64,000 bases of DNA, from the NCBI GenBank assembly GCA_046563655.1, contig CM102287.1, positions 3,472,001 to 3,536,000 of the forward strand, written 5' to 3'. Below, one piece after another: positions 1 through 29,029 of the stretch; position 1 is the first letter of the stretch; each line of letters opens with the position of its first letter. The notes under the pieces were generated by a model. It had not been told where the DNA came from, made no database searches, and worked only from the letters and a program-made list of their open reading frames with translations. This DNA is from Yuukianura sp. NJ FZ-2021 (lineage: Eukaryota). A program made the translations under genes and the position numbers.

Positions 1-33
1 TTAATTACACACACAGATTTATGAATGACTTAC

Positions 34-2542
34 TGTGTTCGAATGTGTATTTTCAGTCCATATTTCCTAGAGTAGAGTTTTCCACAGTACACGCATACGT
101 GTGATCCGTTTTTCCCGCGTCCCATGTTGCTCATGATGGTTTCCAGTTGAGCTTGCTGGTCCGACAGCGATTTGACCTGCGTCGTGGTCACTATCGAGGT
201 CAACTGACTTAGTCCGGATGCTGAGGTCAAAGAATTTGACCTTAGATGACCTTGACCTTTAGAGGCAGTACTGTTTGAGATTTGAGCAGAGAATGGCACC
301 GAAGCTATTGCAAGCGACGCTGTTGATCCAGTAGTTGTGCTGCTACCGAAGAAGAAACTAGGTGGATCTCGTCCCACCGTGAACGATGGTGGGGCAATCC
401 TAAAGTTTGGTGGGACAACTCTAAGGGTTGGTGGGGTAATTCTAAGGTTTAGGGATGGTGGGGTCATGACCCGCGGCGTTGCCATGCGACTCCATAGGTC
501 ATCGATTGGTTGAGCTCCACAAGATAGAGCCAAATGTACTTTAAGTGGATTCGGAGCTTCAAATTCTTTCTGACACTTGTGACATCGGTAACTCTTGCCT
601 CCTGAAATTCCAAAATTTTCTAAATCAAACTTTCAAAAAGTTTTTTAAAAATTGCCAAAAATTTTTTTGCTAATTAGGAAGTTAACACAAACCTACACAG
701 ATCTGAACCAGCCTTCGTCATATCTAGGGTTTTACTTACACTTACAAAAATTTCAGAAATTTTTGTAACTGACATCAAACCTTACATCAATTTGACCTTT
801 GACCTCGACAAGGGCATAGTTTTTGCTTAACACTACATAGTCTTTGGCTAACGTGAGCGTTTTTTTGGTTGACCTTACCTCGGATATTGTTAGGGTTAAG
901 GTACGGTGGAATTCCGAGGTCGTTGACCAGCACATCTTCTCCGAACCACAGCAAAAGTTCATCTCCCGCTCCAATTTCTTTAGTGACTTGCAAAATCACA
1001 GCATCAGTTTGCCATTTGCAAATTCTGACATTCTGCACATGACAATCCGTTGCAAATTGGATACACTTGATCCAGAACCATGTCACCGGTTCAGCGTCTG
1101 CCCCGTTACGCTTCTTCCCTCTTGCAAAATTTTCGCAAACTTCCAATTCGCCATTTTGAGCCAGTGAAACCTAAATAAGAAACAAAAAATTTGCAATCCT
1201 GTTGCTGTTTTACTGTTTTGTTGCTAAATCATGGCCAAGGTCAGTTCCATCATGATTCAAGGCAGGAGATGTATGGAATTTTTTTGTGCAATTTTTTTTT
1301 TCGCAAATTCGCAAATTGGCTAAAGTGAACTGAAAGGCCGCCTGCTCCTGTCTCGTTAGATTCCTGGCGAAGGTCCAAGGATTCTGGCGCTGTAAATAAA
1401 GTTTTAGCAAAGAGATTCTTTGCACAGAGGAATTTTTTGCGTGAAGGAGATTCACGAACCAGAATAACTCTAAATTTTTATATGTGTTCAATTCTAGAAT
1501 AACGTTAGTGCGTCTTAGGATGTTACAAAGACATAACCTTTGTGCCAAAATTTTAGTATTGTTTCGAAATTTTGAACATTTTGAAAAGTGACACACCGTC
1601 CATAGTGAACAGAATTGGAAAATTTAGGAAATTTTCCAAAATCATCAAGAATGGATCGATTCCTGTCCCAGTTTATTGCTCTACTTGTATTCGCTCTTCT
1701 AGTCTCGGAAACTTACGGAAAGAAAAAAAGTTGGTACAAAATTAGTTCAAAATTTGGAATTTTGAAAACAGTTTTTAGCAAAATTAACTTTTTGTTTTGT
1801 TTAGGTAAGGCAGCTTGTGTTCGTGAATGTAAAGACTGTGAGAAGTTGTGCAAGGACATTTTTGACAGTGAGTCAGTTTGTAAACTGTCTAATCCTCGGA
1901 AGTCATGGGACATTTGCTCGTGCAAAGTCGCTGGAACAATTCCACTTTGGTATTTCAAAAATTAAAATTATTTCCAAAAAAAATCAAAATTTCGAAAGTT
2001 TTCTTTAAAAAAAAGATACACCGGAGAAGAAATAAAACTTATTCTCCTACTTTTAATTTTTGTTTCAATTTTTATTTTTTTTTAGTAGCGGTTCTGCTCC
2101 GAAACTGAAACACAGCACGAAAACTTTCTTCACGTTCTTCGCAACTACTGCGATTGCCCTGCTTATTTCAAATTCAATTTTCAAATAATTTCAAATACTC
2201 TTTAGTTTCATCCTCTTTTCAAAAAAAAGTCAAAATATAAAGTCCTCCAGTATTTTTTTTCTCCAGTATTACTTTTTTCAGCTTCAACTCAGCTAAGAAT
2301 TTAAACATCAATAAAACGGAATAGTTTAAAAAGCATAAACATAAGAAAGTTTTGGCTTCATTTTTGAAAGTTTTAAAGTTTTTAACCTCTTACATGTTTA
2401 GTAAAAACCTAACCTGTAGAGGAAACTTAATGTTGTTGAAGTTGATGACCTCCGATACTTGAGAGAGACTGAAAGGGCGTGACCTTGACCCCGTCGCAAT
2501 GGATACCGCCGCAACAACTCTTGTTTCACTACTTTCACTCAT
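34..2542 (-). CDS. Prdm13: PR/SET-domain C2H2 zinc-finger transcription factor, Prdm13-like (3' end lies beyond window start)
   Basis: Exons 2542-2414, 1170-879 and 601-34 with GT-AG sites in consistent phase. PR-domain motifs WIKCIQFA and IGAGDELLLWF, first finger YRCHKCQKEFEAPNPLKVHLALSC, then HVCVYCGKLYSRKYGLKIHIRT(H), characteristic of PRDM13. Confidence 0.88.
1651..2188 (+). CDS. small secreted, probably GPI-anchored 8-cysteine protein (~108 aa), nested antisense in Prdm13 intron 1
   Basis: Exons 1651-1729, 1805-1949, 2086-2188. Signal peptide MDRFLSQFIALLVFALLVSETYG, core C-x3-C-x2-C-x3-C-x9-C-x11-C-x-C-x8-C, tail SGSAPKLKHSTKTFFTFFATTAIALLISNSIFK*, AATAAA at 2310. Confidence 0.75.
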
Positions 2543-2710
2543 TTTTGACCTTTGACCTTGACTAGTTTTGACTTAGAAAATTCTATTTTGAGCAAACTTG
2601 ACCCTGAAGAATACCACGCTTGACCTTGATTTGACTCTTGGCAGCGACAGGTCAAGTGAACACGAGCCTTGGCCGACTAATTGACTCATCTCCAGGGATT
2701 TCCTGCTCCC

Positions 2711-3915
2711 TTTATACGCCTCCTTGCATTTACATGACATCGGAAATAAAGTTAAGTTGTAAGGGGGCCCTTAAGGGGCGGAGCTTAATCCGGATTAGTT
2801 CGTAAGGTGGGACGGGTTACAAGCTACAAGTGCCGGGTAGTGTACAAGTGTACCCTTAAGTCCCAGTCCAGAAACGGGTCCAGCTGAAGGTGACATGTCC
2901 AACATCAGTCTGGGATGGTATGAGTGATGAGCATTTGGAATTGATTCCACCGTTTCAATTTCCATGTCTACCCGGTGCAATCACAGAATCATCCGAGTTG
3001 CGGATTAGAAGGAAGCCGAAGGGGGGACTTAAGCGTAAAAACGTCAGCTGAAAACCAAAAAGCACTTGTTTCTTCATAACTTTTCAGTTTAGGTGAGGGG
3101 GCCCTTTGAGGCTCAAGGGCTAGGTGCCCCCTTCCAGAACCGTGAACTCAAAATCTGCAAATCAGGGATCACCTGTTACCACCCCTTCGTAAGGGCTCCA
3201 GCACCGTGGCTTTCTGGACATAGGACCGTGAAGACTTCCAAGTTTTAATTTGAACAGATCCATTTCAAGGGGTCACAAAAGAGCGGGGACTTGAAGGGGT
3301 CAGGTTCCAGCTGACGCCTTGACGAAGGGCTCCAGAGCCAAACAATTATGATGAGATCTACACTTACACTCTATTTACCCTTTTAAAATTTCACCCCCCA
3401 CCCCCATTGTTCAAAATTCTTGCTCATCCCCTGCCCCCATTTTCAAAATTTCGTTTTCTAAAATTAAAAAAAAACAAATTGCTTCAGCATAAGTAACTAC
3501 CGCCACAGTTTACGTTAGAACTACTTCTGTGGGAAACAATTTAAAAAAGAAATAGCAAACTTTCCTGTTCAACTTTGAAACAAGCCATAGACTTTTCGAA
3601 AATTCGAATTTAAAGAAAAATATTTTGAAGAAAAAAGTACAAAAAAAAATGTTAACGAATTTTACTTTGCAAAGGTAAAATTTTGTTAGGAGAAAGTTGA
3701 GGTGAAAGTTTTGTCTTTTTTGGAAATCAGGGATTTTTTGAATTACGAAATTTGGCACAAGCCAAGCCACCACTAAAAGCATAACCACCCTATTGCAACT
3801 CCATCAGTGGACAATAGAAAAGTGATTAGAGGGCCCAGGGACCCTTAATAGCCCCCCTTTTGTAGAGTCAACAAAAGGCCCCTGTGCAATATCCTTTCAT
3901 CTCAATATGTGGGAA
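2711..3915 (-). promoter_or_regulatory. putative Prdm13 promoter/upstream enhancer
   Basis: TATAAA on minus strand at 2711-2716, about 170 nt above the ATG. CAGCTG E-boxes at 2881, 3045, 3308; TGTGGGAA Su(H)/RBPJ-type sites at 3528 and 3908; locally higher GC. Confidence 0.4.
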
Positions 3916-4473
3916 TAAACATGTGGTTTACACATGTTGATCTCCCTTAAGTCCCTCCAAAACATAGCTTCCCAAAAACTAACTTTTCAAAAGTAAAATC
4001 CAAGGTTAACTTTTAGTTATGTGATTAATGACACAATGTTTTACTTGAATTGAGCCATTTCTGGCTGGATTTTCATTTTTTAAGCCTCCTTTTCAAACAT
4101 TTTGTTCAATTCAAAAATTTATTGCAACATTTGAACAAATAGGGATAAATTGTTCAGGAAAAAATTATGATTAATGATTTCGATATGAAGCAAAAGTTAT
4201 AGTTTATACTAGGGTAGGCTACATGCTATTTAAAATTGCATAACATTTCGAAATGCTATGTAATTTTTGTTAACAATAATTTTTGTAATTAATGAATTAT
4301 TTTAATTATTTTATAATAATAACAACACATACCGGTAGAAAAGCTAAACCGAAAGCTAGAGTGTCTGCTTCCCACTTAAAATTTTCTTGTACTAACACTA
4401 CTCTAACCAAGAAATAAATTTGCGTGACCTTTAGGTTGTTTTTTGAGTGACCTCGTGAGCTTGACCTTGACTT

Positions 4474-5875
4474 TTAACCTCTTCCCCTGCCCCCGCCTCC
4501 GCCTCTTCCCCCTGAACTTCTCCCTCCGCTTGACCTCCCTCCTCCTCCCCACCCAGAACTTGATGAAGAATGGGACCCACCCCCACTGCTCGATTTAGAC
4601 GAACTCCAAGGCCAGCTGAACCCTCCCCCACTAGATGGTTTGGAAACGGCGGGCTTCACTGCTGGCTTGGAAACAGAACTTGTCCCACCGGCCCCACCTT
4701 GATTAACATTCCATCCATAAGCAGGCGGTTTGTTCCCCCCGGGGGAGTACGCGGGTGGTTGACCTTGGTTGATGTTCCATCCATAAGGAGGTGGTTGCTG
4801 ACCGGGTCTAGCTGGGGAGTGGTTCCAGGAGTTGTATGCTGGTGGCGGGCCGTGACCTTGACTCCACGTTCCATAAGCTGGAGGCGGTCCATAGCTGAAA
4901 TTTCAAACAAAAAATCAAAATTCTTGTTTTCCAAATTTTTTTTCAAAAATTTTGAAATTTTGAGTCTCTCACCCTTGTCTACTTCCGTAGTATACTGGAG
5001 CAAAATTGTTCTTCATCTGACCGTATCCATGCTGATTGCTCACTTTTTGGCCAACACTGGGCAGCGATGACAGAAACGTGGCTGTTCGGTATCTTCCACC
5101 TCCAAATCCCCCACCACTGTAACCACCACCTCCATAACCACCGTAACCACCACCTCCATAACCACCGTAACCTCCATAACCACCGTATCCTCCTCCATAG
5201 TGCTTGTTATGTCCACTTCGGCCCAGGCCATATCCAATCATTCCTCCGAGGAACATTGACGAATAGGATGGTCTGTAACCACCGTAGTAACCACCGTAAC
5301 CATTGTGGTAATAATGGTGGTGATGTCGCTCTCTTACGTCCGTTCCATTTTGAGCCATTTCCGTTCTGTTTTTAAAGTATTCTTCCACATTTGTTCCATT
5401 TTTCTCCAGTTCTTGGATCAATTTGGCTTCATGGGCGTAGTCCGTCAGGCCACCAAATCCCATCGCAAAAATACTTTTCAACAAATTCCCTTCAGTGATT
5501 TTGGGCTGAAAAAAATCAAGAAAAAAATTCAAAATTTCAAAATTGAGATACAAAAACTCCGATTTCCGGCAGACTCCAGCCGGGTTGAACATCAGATGAG
5601 CAAAAATTATTAAAATGACAAAAATATTTATGTACTACTTTCATTTACTTTACCTTGATAGTAGAGTTGACATTTTCCAAAGTATTGTTCCCATCCAGTG
5701 TCCAGTTGCCACTTCCATCTGGTGACCCTTGACCTTGACCTGTTTGATTCCAATTTGACCCCGAACTAATTTGGAGATTGAGGTCCTCCACCTCTTCCGG
5801 AACCGGAACTCCATGACCACTTAAAACGAAAACCGCTAAAATGAAAAAGCGGAACAGTTTTTGTTTTGGCTCCAT
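4474..5875 (-). CDS. secreted glycine/tyrosine/proline-rich low-complexity protein (~391 aa)
   Basis: Exons 5875-5654, 5505-4973, 4894-4474 in phase. Signal peptide, HHHHYYH, GGY repeats, PPAYGW-type repeats and C-terminal GGR/RG tail; TATAAA at 5992-5997 (minus). Confidence 0.8.
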
Positions 5876-6723
5876 GCTTTTCCAGGTTCACTTTTAAAAT
5901 AAAACTTCGTTCTGTTCACTGTGATTGTATGATTCAACGGCTTCTAAAGAGTGAGTCACTTTTAAGCTTTAACTTGTTTGATTGTTTCCAATTTATAACT
6001 TGAGTAACTACTTTTAAAGTGAGTCAAATTGCGTGTAATGAGAGTGTTTACGTTGTTAACATAAATCTTGGAAAAGTTGGTTTTACGATCACAAGGTTTT
6101 TTCCTCTTGTAATGAAGATTGACGCAACTAAAGTTCCCTACATCTTGTCAAACTTTTATCAAAAGTGAAGTTTTCTCTTCTCCAAACAAGTCCAGATTCA
6201 GCTGTTCTAAAAATAGAATCGGAGATCTCTTGTAAGAAGAGAGAAAGACGCGCGCAGTAGTCGACGCAAACGGGAAAAAAAGTTGACCCGAAGCTATCAG
6301 AGAGTTCACGAAACACGGAAATCTTGTGATTCAGAAATTGCTAAAGTACAGCCCTTGTCACAATTCATGTCAGTTTAGCAGTAAAATGTTTGTGATATAG
6401 AGGCTGTTGCAAAAAATTGGCAGTAAAATTTGCAATAACTTTTCGCAAACTCTTCCTAGTAGTTCTGCTGACGACGTCACAGTGAATGACAATCAAAGGA
6501 TGAATGAGTTCCTGAAGTGCGGTGGAAACAAACGTCCGGGAAAAGCATTTCAAAACTATGGATCAATACTTTTTGGCTATTTTTTATTTTTAGCGTAACA
6601 GACGAGGTGGAGTCGTGGAGTTGTTTCAATATTTTAAAATCATGACTTTCAAAATTGCTTGAAAAACTGAGTTTTGGAGTTTACTTTTTTACAAAATCAT
6701 AGTATTTGACGAGAAGTCAAAGG

Positions 6724-8588
6724 TCAAGGTGTAGTTGACCTTTGAGCAGAGTCAGAGTCACACCAGTTGTCTGGAAGAAGAGTGTACAGAATGCTTCGAT
6801 GACTTCCGCCGCTGCCCATTGTCACAAAAATTTTGTCAATCAAAACTGATCTGCTTGAGTCATTGTTTGGTTCATCCGGAACTGCCCTGATTTCAATCTG
6901 AAACGAAACAGAAAACTTTTAAAAAAAATTGAAAATTTAAAAAAAAGGCACGTTTTTTTTTTTAAAATTATTTTTTCAAGAATCGATCAGAAACTTCTTG
7001 GTAATGTTTTAATTTTTAAAATTTTAAAAATACTTTGGGTAATGGTTAATTTAGTTTTGGAGTTACTGGTTACTCTTTTGAGGAGTAAGATCCTACAGAA
7101 TCCTACTCCTTTGGAGTTAAAATGGGAACCGCCCCCTTCCAGAACCAAGACGACAGTGAATGAGAACAATTTGGTGCGGTTTCTTTTTATATAAAAAAGA
7201 AAGGAGTAACAGGTAACTCTTTTTTGCGTTTTGCTGTTCCGCTAGAGGTCCGCACTCTTCAACTACACCTGGCGTCTCTTTTGTCCACTGCGGAAGCGGA
7301 GGTCCGCACTCCGAAACTACCCCCGACCCTTTTTCTGTTTTTGCAAAAAATGGATATTTTCGTTTTTATATAGACACGGAAGGAGTAACTTGTAACTCTT
7401 TCGAGGAGTAACATTTAACTCTTTTGCAGATGCACCATCAAAAATTTGTCGAATTTCGAAAAAAATACATGAACTACATACTATACTAATAATACTCTGT
7501 ATTTTTTTTTTTTTTTGAAAAAATCGATCGCAAACTTCTTGTTAGTTTTTGAATTTTTAAAATTTAAAAATACTTTAGATTGTTCTGGGTTTAGCTGTGT
7601 AGAGATTTGCTCTCCAAGACATTCAGTAGTGCCTGATGAGATATGAATTTTTAATATTTATGAATTTTTGAATTTTTTGGAAGAGATTTTATACAGTGAA
7701 GTTAAAGGTTCTGCTATGAAACTGTCCGGAACTATGCGGGGATCATACAGTCCAGAAAGGCTCCTCGCCTTCCTTAACTTTTTTTTCCCGCTGGCGGAAC
7801 TCCCATACCAAAGCAAGGCAGAGGCAGTTTTCCTATCCACCTCTTCGCTCCGTATAATATCCTATCTCTTACGATTCCGAACATGACAAAATTCTAAAAA
7901 CTTGCAACTTTTTAACAATTTCTGCAACTCTATCGGTCGGCTCAACTTGCAGAATTCACAAATTCGCATAATTTAGTGCAAAATTATCAGGGCCACAATT
8001 TTTTTCTTCAAAAACGTGACTTACGAGATCCACTTGTCCAGTTTCAAGAAGCGGTGAATGGTGAATCACTTGGTTACAAAAACCCGTGACATTTGGCGAC
8101 CTCATGGAAGCGCTGAGGTTAATAACCTCCAGTTGACCTCTGCTTTTGCTGTCCTCATGACCTTTGACCGCAAGAGACATCAGCCGGATTTCAACTTTCG
8201 TTTTCATTCCAATCATGTCCAATCGAAGCCCAAATCCAACAGGAAATGGCGGGTCAGTTTGAAAGTTTCTAAACCGAATCCAGTTGGATTCCGCAGTGTT
8301 CCTGGAAGTACTGGAAGTATTTAGAGTCCAAATCCCTTTGACCTCATCTGACGTTTGACCTTGACCAATTTGAGTCAAATTGTCAAAATAGTTCCAGCCG
8401 AATACTTCCCAAGTAGGATCGACACCGTCATCATCTCTGTACAGTTTTCTGGCAGTATCTTCGGAAGTATCCAGTATAAATACGAAACTTTCACCTGGGG
8501 GAGGGCTGTTTACTACAAAGAGCAAGTAGATAACCAGTAAACAGGTCAACACAACCGCAATGTACCCAGTTACTCGTGACCTCAGCAT
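6724..8588 (-). CDS. orphan signal-anchored (type II membrane or secreted) protein, ~293 aa
   Basis: Exons 8588-8025, 7893-7809, 7632-7574, 6897-6724 join in phase with GT-AG sites. Single N-terminal hydrophobic helix YIAVVLTCLLVIYLLFVV; no family recognised. Confidence 0.6.
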
Positions 8589-8844
8589 GACCTTTGACCC
8601 CAACTTACTTTCACTTTTTCAAAACTTGAAAAATGAATCTTGACTACGTTATCTTTTTCAGAGCGGGAGAATGAAGGAATGAACCTGTGAATTTTTGGTT
8701 GAAAGACCACTCACTTGCACAATTTTCAAGTATTCGGTTGAGAACATAGCTCGGCACTTCTCCGCTCCCCGCTCTCCGCTCCTGCATTCCCCGCTCTCCG
8801 ATCCCGAGCGGAGAGCGGAAAAATCGAGAGCGGAGGGTAAGAGC

Positions 8845-9004
8845 AAAAGATCGGGGAGCGGGTGGTAGGGAGCGGAGGGTTGGGGGAAAAGATCGGGGAG
8901 CGGGTGCATGGGAGCGGAGGGTACGAGCAAAAGATCGGGGAGCGGGTGCATGGGAGCGGAGGGTACGAGCAAAAGATCGGGGAGCGGGTGCATGGGAGCG
9001 GAAC
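8845..9004. repeat. 42-bp G-rich minisatellite, left array (~4 units)
   Basis: Unit AAAAGATCGGGGAGCGGGTGCATGGGAGCGGAGGGTACGAGC; gives the 14-aa periodic spurious ORFs. Confidence 0.9.
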
Positions 9005-9126
9005 AAAAGTGCCGAGGTGAGGTTATTAGAATTGTAAAATCAGAGGGAAATTAAGGCGCTTGTATTACGCATAGTTACCACTACTTAAGTTTACTTTGTT
9101 CTTAACTTGTTCCTATCGCACACAAC

Positions 9127-9522
9127 CAGTGTTGCTGGACGTTTAAACATCCAGTGGATTAATTGCCATTTCCACTGTATAGCCACTGGAAGAAATGCAC
9201 CTGAAATGGATGAAACTTTTAGTGGAGGAAAGAAATTAAGAATTCAGCGAAAACTTAAATAAAAATCAAATGTGAAATTACAGAAAATAATATCAGAAAA
9301 TGTTTCTTTCATCTTAAAATTGTTTATTTTATAATTCATATAAAAACAAAATTTTCTATGTTTTCGTACGGCATTTTGAATTGTTTAAGCTTCTTGTATT
9401 TATTTAATTCAAACCCGGCGGGCAAAGCTACGCCCATTTGTTTTCATCCATTTCGCGCATTTCTTCCACTGGATATCCAGTTGTGGATGAAATGTCGAAA
9501 AAGTTGATATCCAGCAACGCTG
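9127..9522. mobile_element. ~400-bp hAT-like MITE, copy 1 (nested in 8745-9857 element)
   Basis: TIR CAGTGTTGCTGGA / TCCAGCAACGCTG; TSD CACACAAC/CATACAAC (7 of 8); homologous to 30440-30830 and 51946-52343. Confidence 0.85.
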
Positions 9523-9594
9523 CATACAACATAATCACCTGACGGTTACGCCAGCTGTAACAGCGGCATATTCAGCTATAATTACGTGGTTGGG

Positions 9595-9844
9595 ATCGGG
9601 GAGCGGAAAAAGATCGCTTGAGAGCGGGGAGTAGGGGCAAAAGAGCGGGGAGCGGGTGCATGGGAGCGGAGAGTATGGGCAAAAGAGCGGGGAGCGGGTG
9701 CATGGGAGCGGAGGGTAGAGGCAAAAGAGCGGGGAGCGGGTGCATGGGAGCGGAGGGTAGACGCAAAAGAGCGGGGAGCGGATGCATGGGAGCGGAGGGT
9801 AGAGGGAAAAGATCGGGGAGCGGGTGCATGGGAGCGGAGCAAAA
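9595..9844. repeat. 42-bp G-rich minisatellite, right array (~5-6 units)
   Basis: Same unit and same orientation as 8845-9004. Confidence 0.9.
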
Positions 9845-10999
9845 GTGCCGAACTCTGGTTGAGAACTTTTCAAAATTTCAAATTATTCTAGAAAACAGTT
9901 TTATTTATCAAAAACTTTAACATTTTGTTTCCTCCTCAAAACTCAGCTTCCAAAATCACTTCGATTGTCACTCACTGTTTCACTCCTCATCTTCAACACT
10001 TCAATTCAACTAATTCAAAACTTTGCAAATTATAACTAATTAAAACTCAAAATTAACAAACTTAGGCAACTTTTTACAACTATTTAAACAATTTGATTAC
10101 CAAGCTGCTTTCCTGCTAACTGAACAAAAAGTGTCAAATTACAAATCAACTTCAAAAAGTAGTGTGAAAATTACTGAAAGTGGAATCATAGCTTTTCCAG
10201 GTGAACTTTTTACCTTATCAAATTATTCAAAAAATGAAAGTTACAGGGATAGTAACTATTACATAGTAACTATATAGTAGTAGCTCCCACTTTTATCACT
10301 TTCAAACACTTTTTAGACACTTTTAGACTTTTTAGCAAATAACAGAAATCTAATCTCACACAAAAGATTCAGGAAAATCCAATTCCCGTATCACACCTCC
10401 AAACATTTGCTTTTTTAACCACAAAGTGTGTGGAGGACTGGAAGTATGAAAACACTCTAACCTCTTGCTCTGCTGCTGATTGTGATTAAGTATTAATACA
10501 ATTATATTAATTATATTAACAATTAATATAATTACAACTTATTTAATTTATAAATTTAACTAAAGTTAAGGTGTACCACCTAATTTTAAAGTTCTCTGAA
10601 AGTATCACACCGCAACTTTGCAAAATTTGGAACTTTCAAAAACTTTTAGACAATCAAGCACAAAAACTTTCTCCTTTTTCGTAGAATTAACAGAAACCTG
10701 GGATTTTTAGCTGCATTGGTTAAATTATACTGCCTGCTCTCAAAAACTAAAATTAACTAAATTACTTAAGAGTTAATTACATCAACAGTTAATTAATATA
10801 AACAAATCAGTAAACAATTGGTTTAAGTAAACAAGTAAAATGTCATCAAAAGTTCCGTCAATAAGCAATACACAGGTCCATCGTAGAAAACTGCACTTCC
10901 AAAAAATTTCTGTAACGAGTGTTAATTTTTTGTTCAAACGACTTTTAAAAAGTGGTTTATAAAACTGCTGCAACATCAATTTTGAAACAAAAAAACTTC

Positions 11000-29029
<18,030 letters not shown>

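Larger units (their letters stand above)
8745..9857. mobile_element. non-autonomous hAT-like DNA transposon (1113 bp) with 42-bp subterminal repeat arrays
   Basis: Perfect 8-bp TSD GTTGAGAA (8737-8744, 9858-9865); imperfect TIR CATAGCTCGGCACTT / AAGTGCCGAACTCTG; no transposase ORF. Confidence 0.85.

Noticed and set aside
6128..6598. Short ORFs between the Gly-rich and orphan genes
   Set aside because: About 60 aa each, no motif, signal peptide or supported splice pattern.
8845..9844. Repeat arrays as a possible CRISPR
   Set aside because: Head-to-tail tandem units without unique spacers, no cas genes, eukaryotic context.
8644..9920. Several 85-120-aa ORFs with 14-aa periodicity
   Set aside because: Translations of the 42-bp minisatellite within a non-autonomous element; open in multiple frames and on both strands.
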